This document shows, in pieces, positions 11,101 to 19,375 of a stretch of DNA of 64,000 nucleotides. Numbering within the stretch: position 1 is the first letter of the stretch; each line of letters opens with the position of its first letter. The notes under the pieces were generated by a model that saw nothing but the letters and a program-made list of their open reading frames with translations, ran no database searches and was not told the origin of the DNA. The DNA is taken from NCBI GenBank assembly GCA_965247115.1, contig CBDFGR010000002.1, forward strand, positions 1 through 64,000. The letters are read 5' to 3'. This DNA comes from Myxococcota bacterium. GTDB taxonomy: Bacteria; Myxococcota_A; UBA9160; SZUA-336. A program made the translations under genes and the position numbers.

Positions 11101-11351
11101 TTGGCCAACCAGCGGCCTTGCAGCCGGTTGCGTGCGGCCCGATCTGCCTCGGACCCGAAGAGGCTCAGTTCCACATCGTCGGGCGGTAGGACAAGACGCG
11201 CCTTCGCCATTCGGGACAGCTTCTCGGCGAGCTCCCCGAACGCATGAAGGGATAATGCTTCAGAGGCTAAGTCGATCTGATGGCCAGGCCGCAGCAACGG
11301 TTGAATGAGATCAACGACGCGATCCGTTCCCGTGTTGGAGACAATCCTCAT
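8154..11351 (-). CDS. SNF2-family helicase with N-terminal degenerate PLD-like domain
   Basis: 1065 aa; ADSVGLGKT, DESHNFRN, LSATP, TDCISEGQNLQ, WNPVRIIQRFGRIDRIG. Confidence 0.9.
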   Translation of the reverse strand: MRIVSNTGTDRVVDLIQPLLRPGHQIDLASEALSLHAFGELAEKLSRMAKARLVLPPDDVELSLFGSEADRAARNRLQGRWLANRCADWVEKTVEVRRADRPVPQGAVVLRNGDGSPQQAVLGSFSFSTDGLGLAPGNPLNLIQASETPEESERLCEWFDEQWSALAVGNAAKAGVVDLLRSLAAHRDPLSIYALILHHMLRTQGDELDEEQVVKSATGIRNTEVWKKLFKFQRDGVVGAIDKLNRFGGCIVADSVGLGKTFEALAIIKYHELRNDRVLVLCPKRLRDNWTLYRANDRRNFLAGDRFNYDILNHTDLSRDGGMSGDIDLSYVNWGNYDLVVIDESHNFRNKRTPRQGGETRYDRLMRRIVREGVKTRVLMLSATPVNNRLADLRNQIAFATEGDDTALVDHGISSVDGTTRLAQKQFNRWLDLDDAERTPSRLIEMLGFDYFALLDRLTIARSRRHLEKYYGTSETGRFPERLKPINVKPDVDLAGEFPSIREINFEIRRLNLAAYAPLRYVMPHKRDAYDEMYSTKLESGEGFFRQADREESLIQLLRVNALKRMESSVTSFALTVRRQLNDVEATLARIEEQADELEELDIADVDIEDPAFESLLVGRKVKVLLQDVDLIRWKQDLVEDRNRLATLHAAACEVSATRDAKLAELRAVIERKCHAPINSENRKLIVFTAFADTARYLYDELSPWAQNTLGLQSALVTGTGGNQTTLPHLRKDLASILTAFAPRTKERPEDLAKEGEIDLLIATDCISEGQNLQDCDWLINYDIHWNPVRIIQRFGRIDRIGAPNECIQLVNFWPNLELEEYLRLEQRVSGRMVLLDISATGEENLIEQQSGDPMNDLEYRRKQLLKLQDAVIDLEDLSSGVSIADLTLTDFRIDLADYLRGQPDALTALPLGVYAVTTTADVEIPPGMIFCLRAEGPAAARQFEPGYPLAPHYLVHVGEDGAVLLSFTQAKQVLDRLKSLCLGRDMPDAGACSRFDKVTRGDRDMRVAQRLLAAAVASIVGQSEERAVASLFTPGGTHALVSEFAGINDFEVVAFLVVLAAEAA

Positions 11352-11407
11352 CGTGGCTTCTCAATCTCCTGGTCCACTTGACGCAATGGCAGACCCCTTT
11401 GAATCGA

Positions 11408-11644
11408 TCAATTCTCCCGGTTGGCGCCCGGCCGTTTCACTCCATCGTTGTCCGGTTGCACGCCAGCGGCATTGGTCTTCACCTCGATCCATGAGTCGAT
11501 TGCCGTTCGACGGAACCGCCACTGGCCGCCGACCTTGAAGGCAGGCAAGTCGCCCTTTCGGACGAGGCTATACACGGTCTTCTCTGTCACCTTGAGGAGG
11601 CTGGCGACGTCGGGAATGGTGAGGACATCATCTCGGCTCGTCAT
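11408..11644 (-). CDS. Excisionase-like HTH_17 DNA-binding protein (resembles small regulators heading defence operons, e.g. MADS Mad1)
   Basis: LTIPDVASLLKVTEKTVYSLVRKGDLPAFKVGGQWRFRR. Confidence 0.85.
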   Translation of the reverse strand: MTSRDDVLTIPDVASLLKVTEKTVYSLVRKGDLPAFKVGGQWRFRRTAIDSWIEVKTNAAGVQPDNDGVKRPGANREN

Positions 11645-11684
11645 AGCTACCCCATCGGAGCGATTCTTGGGAATACATGACCAT

Positions 11685-11730
11685 ATTCTAGCAAAGTGTG
11701 GAAAATGCGGGAAAGCGTCAAGGAAAAGTT
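11685..11730 (-). promoter_or_regulatory. Putative extended -10 promoter (TGcTAGAAT) overlapped by phased GGAAA-type direct repeats
   Basis: Reverse complement of 11685-11693 is TGCTAGAAT; repeats start at 11690, 11700, 11710 and 11722. Confidence 0.5.
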
Positions 11731-11853
11731 CTTCGACGGGGGCGGACCCACATCACGACCGGGACGGGTGTTGCGCCGACGATTTGGGCCACCCAACCCG
11801 ACCAATAAGGAGGTCAGGTACCGACAGATCAGAACAGCCGGCGCGAGGGGTGA

Positions 11854-11880
11854 AGGCCGAGGGCACCTTGCCCTCGGCCT
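11854..11880 (-). terminator. Perfect 12-bp hairpin after the GGCT gene
   Basis: AGGCCGAGGGCA-CCT-TGCCCTCGGCCT, ending 18 nt past the stop; U-tract is weak. Confidence 0.6.
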
Positions 11881-11898
11881 GTTAGCTGGGGCGGGCCG

Positions 11899-12447
11899 TT
11901 ATTCCGGCCAGTGGCCGGACACGATCCGGCGCCGTTTGATGCCGGTCTCCTCGACTGCGTAGACCCAGGCGAGCTCTCGGGGGCCGTTCACCGCGGCCGG
12001 GACCAGCACCCGCCGGTAGAGGCTGGAACCGCCCGGGCGGAAGCCCTCCAGGCGGTCGATGGCGGGCAGGCGGGATTCGGGGTCGTCGAAGGTGAGCAGC
12101 TCCCCGGACACGGCGCCCCACGGGCCCGCTGTGGCGCTTTCGGGGAGCGGTCGGGGGTTTGATCCCATCGAGTCGGACAGGTCCGCCTGTGTGGCCACGT
12201 CGGCCAGAGGGTTCGCGGTCCCGTAGGCAAGGACGTCCTCGTCCGGGACCTCGAGCACCGGAAATCCCGGCCCCTCGTAGAGTCGGCCTCGAACCTGCGC
12301 CTCCCGGATCTCCAGCACGCCCTGACAAAAGGCGTCGTGGTTCCAGTACCCGCGCTTGAGCGTGCCGTAGACGAAGAGGCTGAACACGGCTGATGTGTTC
12401 ATCTTCGGGGACTCTCCGGGTTCTGTCGGCTTCTCTCTCGGCGTCAT
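11899..12447 (-). CDS. Gamma-glutamylcyclotransferase (AIG2-like)
   Basis: LFVYGTLKRG, V.GEL, IDRLEGF, LYRR, AWVY; ATGA overlap with the upstream gene. Confidence 0.88.
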   Translation of the reverse strand: MTPREKPTEPGESPKMNTSAVFSLFVYGTLKRGYWNHDAFCQGVLEIREAQVRGRLYEGPGFPVLEVPDEDVLAYGTANPLADVATQADLSDSMGSNPRPLPESATAGPWGAVSGELLTFDDPESRLPAIDRLEGFRPGGSSLYRRVLVPAAVNGPRELAWVYAVEETGIKRRRIVSGHWPE

Positions 12448-13244
12448 GGTGCCTCCTCGACCGGGGCGTTCTTGCGCCGTCGGGCCTGCGCGACAAACTC
12501 GAACGGCTCGATTGAGAAGTCCGCCAGCATCCGGTGCCGGAACACCAGCAGGCTCATCGGTGGAATGCTCAGCTCGCACCAGCCGCGCTCCTCGTCCAGG
12601 ACCGCGTCCAGATACGCGGCATCGGAGGCGTAGAGGACGGCTCGGTGCCGCGGGTGGAACCGTAGCTCCAGCGGCTTGTTGCCCTTGAGCACGACGATAG
12701 TCTCGGGATCGAGCCGGGAGGCCAACACTGCAGCCATCTGCCCGCGGCAGAGCTTGAGACGGTCCTTGAACCGGACGGTGTCAATCGGGCCACCTCTGGC
12801 GGCCCGGCCGGCCAGCCGGCAAATCAGCTCGCTGTCCACCTCGGCGAAGCGCCGCAGCTTGAAGCGCCGGAACAGGGTGTTGGCGTTATAGATGGTGCCG
12901 TTGTGGGTGCCGAGGATGTCGCCGGCCCGGATCGGGTGGTTGTTCTCGTTGACCTGCTCGTCGCCACGCGTGCGCCACCGCGTGTGGCCGAGCAGCAGCG
13001 TGGCGCGGTTGTCGACCCCGCCCAGGACTTCGAGGAACGTCTTGTCGCTCACGAACCGACTGGCTCGCACCGGCCGCTTGAAGAGCCGGTGCTCGCCGTC
13101 GCGGTTGAGCCACGCGACGCCGGTGGCATGTGGCCCCCGGGGCTCGTTCAACACGAGGAGCTGTGTGAAGAGCCAGGCGAGATGGTCGCGCTCCTCGGCG
13201 CGGCGCCGCTTCTGTCCCAGGATGATTCCGGCCTGACCACACAT
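12444..13244 (-). CDS. Class-II (Ntn) glutamine amidotransferase
   Basis: N-terminal MCG, RGPHATG, GHTRWRT, HNGTI, VDSE. Confidence 0.9.
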   Translation of the reverse strand: MCGQAGIILGQKRRRAEERDHLAWLFTQLLVLNEPRGPHATGVAWLNRDGEHRLFKRPVRASRFVSDKTFLEVLGGVDNRATLLLGHTRWRTRGDEQVNENNHPIRAGDILGTHNGTIYNANTLFRRFKLRRFAEVDSELICRLAGRAARGGPIDTVRFKDRLKLCRGQMAAVLASRLDPETIVVLKGNKPLELRFHPRHRAVLYASDAAYLDAVLDEERGWCELSIPPMSLLVFRHRMLADFSIEPFEFVAQARRRKNAPVEEAP

Positions 13245-13747
13245 CAGCGTTTTTCTTCCTCGGGGTCGACCACGAATCCCTTGAACAGCCCTTCGGAGTA
13301 AGGCCCGTGGTGTGCTTCGATCCAGCGTGCCGTCTCGTGGAAACCGAGGAATTCGGCGATCTTGAGGACCGCGGGCCGGTCGAGCATGTTGGTGGTTCCG
13401 GAGTCCTTCACCGCCTCGAGGCCCCGCCAGACGGCGGCGGGCACCGTGATCGGCTCCGGAGACTCGTCTTCGACGTACTCCGCCAGGCCGTGGTCGATTA
13501 GGCAGGCGAGGAGGGCGCCCGCCTTCTCCTGGGGCGTATCGCCTTTGACGACCAGGTCGATCCCGGCCAGCATCTTGGCGTTGCGCAGGATCATGTCGAT
13601 GTAATCCGCGAGCGTCGTCTGATCGGAGAAGAGCGTCGCCCCCTGCATGGCCTGGACGACCTCGAACTCGGTCTTCCCGGTGAAGGTTTCTCCTTCGCCC
13701 TCAAGCGGCTTGCCGTCCAGGTCGGTATTCCTGATGCGCACTCTCAT
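13244..13747 (-). CDS. Phage protein with C-terminal DUF5049-like domain
   Basis: GLEAVKDSGTTNMLDRPAV..IAEFLGF; overlaps both neighbours. Confidence 0.65.
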   Translation of the reverse strand: MRVRIRNTDLDGKPLEGEGETFTGKTEFEVVQAMQGATLFSDQTTLADYIDMILRNAKMLAGIDLVVKGDTPQEKAGALLACLIDHGLAEYVEDESPEPITVPAAVWRGLEAVKDSGTTNMLDRPAVLKIAEFLGFHETARWIEAHHGPYSEGLFKGFVVDPEEEKR

Positions 13748-14746
13748 CGCGTGTTTTCTCCTTCGGTTTGAGCGGTGATCTCCTCCTCAAAAGCTGGAGG
13801 CCGGGTTTGCGGCCCGGCCTCCGTGGTGATTGATTCCGCCTCGATGGCGGGTGGCGCCTCGGGCGCCGATCTCCCGCGCTTGAAAGCCGAGTCCCCGGGC
13901 AGGCACGCCAGCAGGTGTTTGCGCGCGGTCTTGAATTCGTCGCCGATGAGCTCGAGGTGGAGTAGGAAGACCCGGAAGTCGTAGCGCGCGCTTCGGGGAT
14001 CGAAGCGGCGCTTGTGGCTGGACGCGGCGCGTCCGTTCAGCGCCTTGGTGGCGACGGCCAGCACAAGACTGGATGTAGGCCTTGACCTTGCCGGCGTGGA
14101 GCGTCGCCTCGAACCAGCGAAACTCGACCGTGCCCCGGTACCAGACGTTGTGCAGGTTCACGCCGTGGTAGCGGGTGCTGTCGAAGTGTTGCGGGTGGCG
14201 GTTGTGATAGCCGTACCAGATGCGGTTGAGCTCGTCAGTGGTCCGGGGTCGGTGGCGCTCAATATCGCGGATCAGGTCGTCGCGCACCGGTCGCGTGTAG
14301 GTCTGCTGCCGGTTCTCGGTGACACCGAGCGCCGCGAGGATGAGCGGCTCCTGCTTGTAGACCGTCTTGGCGAGGTTTCCGAGGGTGCGCCCGTCGAAGC
14401 GGCTCGCGTCCACGTGGACGTGGATGCCGCAATGCCGGTCGACCTTGGCGCCGCACTTACGGACCGCCCGAATGACCTCCTGGAGGGTCGGGATGTCGCC
14501 GTACGCCAGGACCGGGGTGACGACCTCGGCCCGCAGGTGGCTCGGGACGTGGCTGAGGGAGCCGTCGGAGACGACCCTCCAGGTGCGCCCCTGCGTGTCC
14601 GCGACCTCCCAGGGGTCGAAAAACCCCGGCCGCCCCGGATGGGTGACGCTGCCGCCCACCACCGACTGGATGGCCTCGGCCACGCGTTTGCGCGTTCGCC
14701 AGACCGTCTCGATCTCGACCCCGAAGTGCAGTTCGCGCAGGTCCAT
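13744..14746 (-). pseudogene. Putative amidoligase (COOH-NH2 ligase type 2), +1 frameshift near 14069
   Basis: FGVEIET, SDGSL, EVVTP, CGIHVHV, RYHGVN, TVEFR. KAYIQ continues in another frame as [11 protein letters not shown]...[21 protein letters not shown] precedes ATG 14746. Confidence 0.85.
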
Positions 14747-14892
14747 CGGGTCTCCTTGCTGTCGGCCCGTAAACCCTTGTCCAGCAAGGGGAACGGGGTG
14801 TTCACGTTCACCCACATGAACGCTTCTTCCTGAACAGAAAGCAAGGCGAACCTCGGCCTTAACCAGTTGATATCAAAGGCTTTATGTGGGTG

Positions 14893-14929
14893 AGGCGGTA
14901 AGTCGCGGACAAACCGGGACTTACCGCCT
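14893..14929. repeat. Inverted repeat between tail and amidoligase modules (terminator or protein-binding site)
   Basis: AGGCGGTAAGTC-gcggacaaaccgg-GACTTACCGCCT. Confidence 0.7.
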
Positions 14930-14952
14930 GGGATGGAAGCGCCGGTGTTCGC

Positions 14953-15210
14953 TCAGCGCTTGACGACGTCCGCCGCGAGCTGCTCGCGATGGATGCGCCG
15001 GGCCTCGGATTCCTCTCGGCGGATGCGATCCATGAGGGCTCGGAACTCCTCGGCCTCCTCGGCGGAAAGCCCGAGGTGGGCTTCGATCCGCCCGAGGCGC
15101 GCGTCCAGATTGGCGAGCAGGTCGAGGGCATGATCGCGCAGCACACCCTCACGCTTTTCCTGCGGTGAGGGGATCAGTTCGGTCAGGCCGCCCTGGCGTC
15201 GCGTGATCAT
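14953..15210 (-). CDS. Small helical hypothetical protein at the end of the tail block
   Basis: 85 aa, GGAG RBS, 13 nt after the DUF4815-like stop. Confidence 0.6.
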   Translation of the reverse strand: MITRRQGGLTELIPSPQEKREGVLRDHALDLLANLDARLGRIEAHLGLSAEEAEEFRALMDRIRREESEARRIHREQLAADVVKR

Positions 15211-15223
15211 CGGAACTCCACCG

Positions 15224-18200
15224 TCAGCTGAGCGTCGCGCCCAGGGTGTGGATGCGCGGGTAGACGAGGCGGTTGCCGGTGAGCTCCGCCTTGTAGCGGA
15301 CCTTGTCCCCGGCCGGATCGGCGAAGGTGTGGCTGTAGGTGTACTCGGTCCACTCCTGATCGATCTCGCGCGTGGAATCGAGGGTCAGCGACTCCCAGGT
15401 GACGCCGCCGTCGTTGGAGGCGTACCAGTCGACCGAAGTGCCGCTCGGGATGTGCATCTGGACGTAGACCTTGGTCGATGCCACGCCCTGGGTCAGCTCG
15501 TTCTCGCGGGTGACGTAGGTGCCGGAGGTGTGGTTGAGGTAGCCGATCAGGTTCACGTCCTTGAAGTTGAGCGCGGGCGAGTCGTTGGCTTCGCTGCCGG
15601 CGAACAGGGCCCGTACCAGGACATTGGCGGCAAGGTTCGGCAGGTTCTCCTCCTCGGCCGGCACGATGGCGTCCCAGGTGGACCCGTTGTCGGTCGAGTA
15701 TTCCCAGGCGATGCCCGTACCTTCCGGGATTGCCGAGTACTCGTCGAGGTTGAGCTCGCTGAACTCGACGCCGGTGATGGGCTCGAAACGCACCTCGCCC
15801 GAGGCCTGGAAGTCGTAGCCGTAGATTTTGAGCGTCAAGTCGGAGGCATTGAGCGGCGTCCAGGTCTCGGCGTTCGAGCTCTCGAGCAATACGCCCTGGG
15901 CGTAGGCTTGGCGGGTGATGACCCCGTTTTGTCCCTGCTGTCCGAGGGTGGCGATACGTACCCGGTAGTGGGTGCTGTTGGTGAGGAGCACCACCGCGTA
16001 GCTGGTGTTCGCCTGGGCGTAGAAGGGATCGTCGAAGGTGATCTTCGTCTCCCCGTCGAGCGCGATCTCGTCAGGGGCGACAACCTTTTCCGCCAATACG
16101 ACCTCGTTGGGCAGACCCGTGGTAACGCCTCGGATCTGGACGGTGACGGGGATCGAGGCGTCCTTAGCCGTGAACTCGACGCCCACGGCCGAGATGACGC
16201 GGTTGCGGGTGAAGCTGAAGGTCTGCGCCAGGGGATCGCGTCGGCGCCATCGCCACCGCCAGCGCCAGACGGTGCGCACGACCGGGATGCGGACGATGCG
16301 GGGCGGCGTCCGGCGCACGATGGTCTGACGGCGGACGATGGTGCGGTTGACGACGACGCGTTGGATGCGGGTGATCACCAGCGGATCGTTGACCTGCAGG
16401 TTCGTCTGGGCGGACCCGGCGCCGTCGGTCACCTCGACGATGCGGTTGCCGCTCGGGATGTCGGCGGGCACGACGAACGAGGCGCTCACTCGTCCCGCCG
16501 CGTCGGCGGTGACGCCGGTGGCGACCACGCGCCCGTCGCAGCGTACGGTGACGGCGGTGGCGCCGGGGGTGAAGTTGGCTCCTGTCACGGCGACGCCGGT
16601 CTGTCCCCGGCGGCCGATGTTGGGTGTGACCTCGACCCCGGCCTCGGGCTTCTCAAACACCGCATAGGGGTTGATGTTTTTGTCCTCGGACCAGTCGCTC
16701 TGCTCGATCAGCACCGTCTCGGCGCCGGGCAGCAGGACCAGGCTCCCGTTGAACAGCGCCCGGCTCGCGTTCCGGTCCACCTCGAGCGCGTTGGACGTGG
16801 CCGCGCGGCCGGGGCCCACGAACTGGCGCACGGGATCGATGCGCGCGCTCCACTCGTCGTGGTGGATGTCGGACTGGGCGTCGCTCGAGAAGTCATCGGA
16901 GTAGATGCCCTTCTTGGTCTGCGCGTCCCGGTTCTGGAGCTCCGAGTTCATCTGGAACTGCGCGTCGTTGATCTTGAGGTCCTCGACGTCCTGGATGATC
17001 TCGTGCAGCCGGTCCATGGTGACGCGGGTCAGTCCGAAGTTGACGATCCGCATGGTGACGGAGTTGGGTGGGTAGTCGATGCTGCCCAAGGCCAGCGTGT
17101 CCTCGGGGACCAGCGGCAGCTTCGGCCTGTCCGCCGGCGCGCCCTCGAGCCGCTTGATCTCGCCGGTGGTGGCGTAGATCACGTCCTTGCGCCCCAGGGT
17201 GTAGTCGTAGTCAATGCTCACGTTGGAGCCGTCCACCGGCGCATCGCCCACGTCGCTCCGGCCGAAGTTCACCAGGCTCAGGTCGTCCAGTGCGATCCGG
17301 ACCGGCGACATCGTCACGTCGCTGGTGTTGGCTTCGGGCGGTGTGCCGCCCACGATCTCGTCCACACCATCGTCCACGTAGGCGCTCGCCGCCGCGGCGA
17401 CATCGGCGAGCCGCTCGAAGTCGGCGCGTCCGGTGTTCCCGGTGGCTCGGTAGATGCGGTAGCCCGTGGCGCCGTTGACTGGCAGCCAGGTGAGCCGGTT
17501 GATCTCCCCCGCGAGCGTGTCGCGGGCGACGACCTGGTCCGCGTCATAGGGGGTCTCGCCTTCACCGTCCACGGCGGTCACCAGGTAGAAGTACTCTGCC
17601 GGGACGGGATGCGCGGATTCGTCGAACCAGCCGCCGTCCACGTAGTCGCTGCCTCGGACCATCTGGCGCGTATAGGTCCAGCGCACGGTGTAGGTGGTCC
17701 CGATGGCGGGCTCTTGTCCTGAGCCGAGCCAGTCCACGTGGTTGCCGGACTGCCGCCAGTCGACGCCCTCCTGATAGACGGTGGCGCCCTGGCTCACCTC
17801 GAGGATGTCCACCACCGGGTTGGGCTGCAGGAGGTCCTCGCCGCCGCCCACCGACCCTCGGGTGATGTTCGAAACGATGGCGACGATGGCCTCGACCTGA
17901 CGGGTCGCCTTGAGTGGCGTGCTGTTGACCGGGTAGCGCCGGTTGCCGACGCTGTAGGTCTTCTGCTCGCCGCGCACCGCCTTGGTGGCGACGGACTTCG
18001 GCACCACCGTCGTGGTGGGCAGGTCCTTCTGCAGGCGGTAGCCCTGGATGTAGGCGCGACCGGCGTTGGTGATCACCTCGACACTCTCGCCGTCGTCGCT
18101 GCCGATGAAGCTGTCGAGCCCCTGGACCAGGTAGCTGCCGGCCTGATCGAAGGTCCGCTCGGCCAGGTTGTCGAGCAGCGAGTTCAGCCCTTCGGCCGCC

Positions 18201-18817
18201 GCGAAGGCGAGCTGGTTCTCGGTGATGGAGGCGACCGTGATGCGGTCGCCCGGGAGTGTTCCCAGGAGGTCCCGCAGGTGCATCCGGGACTTCTCCTGGA
18301 CCGTGGTCGTGACCTCGCCCGTTTCCCGGTCGAATTTGTAGATGGCGACGACCTTGCGCTCGGTGACGTTGTTGGGCAGCGCCTCGGCGCTGGTGTCGTG
18401 GTCCTTGAGGGCCAGGACCCACTTCTCACGCTCGGCGGTCGGCTCCCCCGTGGCCGGGTTGATCAGCGCGGCGTCGTGGTTGAGGCCGTAGTTGTATTTC
18501 AAGAGCTCGACGTAGACGTAGTCCGCGCCCACATCGACGGCCGGATCGTAGGTGAGGACCGCGCCCGGCACCTGCTCGACGGAACCTTCAATGTAGACGA
18601 GCCCATCGGCCACGCTTAGGACATTGCCGGTGATCGACACGGTCAGGCCACGGATCACCGAGCCTTCCTTGAAGAGCTGGTCGGCGATCTTCTTGCGCTC
18701 GCGATGCAGGATGTCCTGCTGCTCATTGAGTTCGGAGTCGAGCAGGTCGCGGTCCTGGTGATAGCGCACCCGCTTGTAGTTGGCCTCGGGGTTGAAGGTG
18801 TCGCGCGAGATGGACAT
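15224..18817 (-). CDS. DUF4815-like large baseplate/fibre structural protein
   Basis: 1197 aa; NYKRV...SELNEQQDI, GRAYIQGY, KGIYSDDF, INPY, DPLAQTF; several beta-sandwich-like segments. Confidence 0.8.
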   Translation of the reverse strand: MSISRDTFNPEANYKRVRYHQDRDLLDSELNEQQDILHRERKKIADQLFKEGSVIRGLTVSITGNVLSVADGLVYIEGSVEQVPGAVLTYDPAVDVGADYVYVELLKYNYGLNHDAALINPATGEPTAEREKWVLALKDHDTSAEALPNNVTERKVVAIYKFDRETGEVTTTVQEKSRMHLRDLLGTLPGDRITVASITENQLAFAAAEGLNSLLDNLAERTFDQAGSYLVQGLDSFIGSDDGESVEVITNAGRAYIQGYRLQKDLPTTTVVPKSVATKAVRGEQKTYSVGNRRYPVNSTPLKATRQVEAIVAIVSNITRGSVGGGEDLLQPNPVVDILEVSQGATVYQEGVDWRQSGNHVDWLGSGQEPAIGTTYTVRWTYTRQMVRGSDYVDGGWFDESAHPVPAEYFYLVTAVDGEGETPYDADQVVARDTLAGEINRLTWLPVNGATGYRIYRATGNTGRADFERLADVAAAASAYVDDGVDEIVGGTPPEANTSDVTMSPVRIALDDLSLVNFGRSDVGDAPVDGSNVSIDYDYTLGRKDVIYATTGEIKRLEGAPADRPKLPLVPEDTLALGSIDYPPNSVTMRIVNFGLTRVTMDRLHEIIQDVEDLKINDAQFQMNSELQNRDAQTKKGIYSDDFSSDAQSDIHHDEWSARIDPVRQFVGPGRAATSNALEVDRNASRALFNGSLVLLPGAETVLIEQSDWSEDKNINPYAVFEKPEAGVEVTPNIGRRGQTGVAVTGANFTPGATAVTVRCDGRVVATGVTADAAGRVSASFVVPADIPSGNRIVEVTDGAGSAQTNLQVNDPLVITRIQRVVVNRTIVRRQTIVRRTPPRIVRIPVVRTVWRWRWRWRRRDPLAQTFSFTRNRVISAVGVEFTAKDASIPVTVQIRGVTTGLPNEVVLAEKVVAPDEIALDGETKITFDDPFYAQANTSYAVVLLTNSTHYRVRIATLGQQGQNGVITRQAYAQGVLLESSNAETWTPLNASDLTLKIYGYDFQASGEVRFEPITGVEFSELNLDEYSAIPEGTGIAWEYSTDNGSTWDAIVPAEEENLPNLAANVLVRALFAGSEANDSPALNFKDVNLIGYLNHTSGTYVTRENELTQGVASTKVYVQMHIPSGTSVDWYASNDGGVTWESLTLDSTREIDQEWTEYTYSHTFADPAGDKVRYKAELTGNRLVYPRIHTLGATLS

Positions 18818-18828
18818 GGGTGTTTCTC

Positions 18829-19362
18829 CTAGATCTTGATGATCCCGACGAGCTCCACCCGCGTGTCGGAGATCTTGCTGAAGTCGGGGATGTTCTTGAC
18901 CTCGTAGAGGTAGCCGGCGTTGAGCACCTCACCGGCCGGATTGGTGTCGGGGTGATGGACGCCCCCGGCCGCGTAGTCCGCGTCATGCCCGTCCACGTAG
19001 GCGACGTTGCCGCCGAAAAAGCCGTACTCGCGGATGGTGATGCCGTTGGCCTCGCTCTCCTCGAAACGGAAGTAGACGCCGAGGGTCCGGGTCTCCCCGA
19101 CGGTCTCGAGGTAGTGGACGCCGTTCACGATCAGCGGCCCCTGGGCGTCCTCCTCGAGGAAGGTGCGCTTGTAGAAGCGCTTGCGGGCGTGCTCGTTCTT
19201 GAGCGCCCGCTGATCGATGTCCGGCGCGGGTGGATTGAGCGGGTCGGTGAACGTCGCGTCCCCCTCGCCTATGGCGCAGTGGGTAATGCCTTCGACCGGC
19301 TCGCCCAGCAGAAGCTTGGCGGTGAGGATGCGGCCGCTTGTGACGATCAATCCGAGGGACAT
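18829..19362 (-). CDS. Tail-collar/fibre attachment-like protein
   Basis: TSGRILTAK...HCAIGEG...EANGITIREYGFF pattern; position after the baseplate genes. Confidence 0.65.
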   Translation of the reverse strand: MSLGLIVTSGRILTAKLLLGEPVEGITHCAIGEGDATFTDPLNPPAPDIDQRALKNEHARKRFYKRTFLEEDAQGPLIVNGVHYLETVGETRTLGVYFRFEESEANGITIREYGFFGGNVAYVDGHDADYAAGGVHHPDTNPAGEVLNAGYLYEVKNIPDFSKISDTRVELVGIIKI

Positions 19363-19375
19363 GCGAATCGCTCCT

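Noticed and set aside
2798..11644. Canonical MADS, DISARM or BREX system
   Set aside because: Their signature genes (kinase, HsdS-like, DUF1998, PglZ) are not seen; only the small HTH and helicase resemble them.
11821..11845. Third copy of the CCGACA promoter motif
   Set aside because: CCGG follows at the wrong spacing and TAAGTAAC is missing.
15203..17722. 839-aa plus-strand ORF and other long antisense ORFs (8643-9665, 26738-28276, 57144-58826)
   Set aside because: Shadows of real opposite-strand genes in high-GC DNA; no recognisable motifs.
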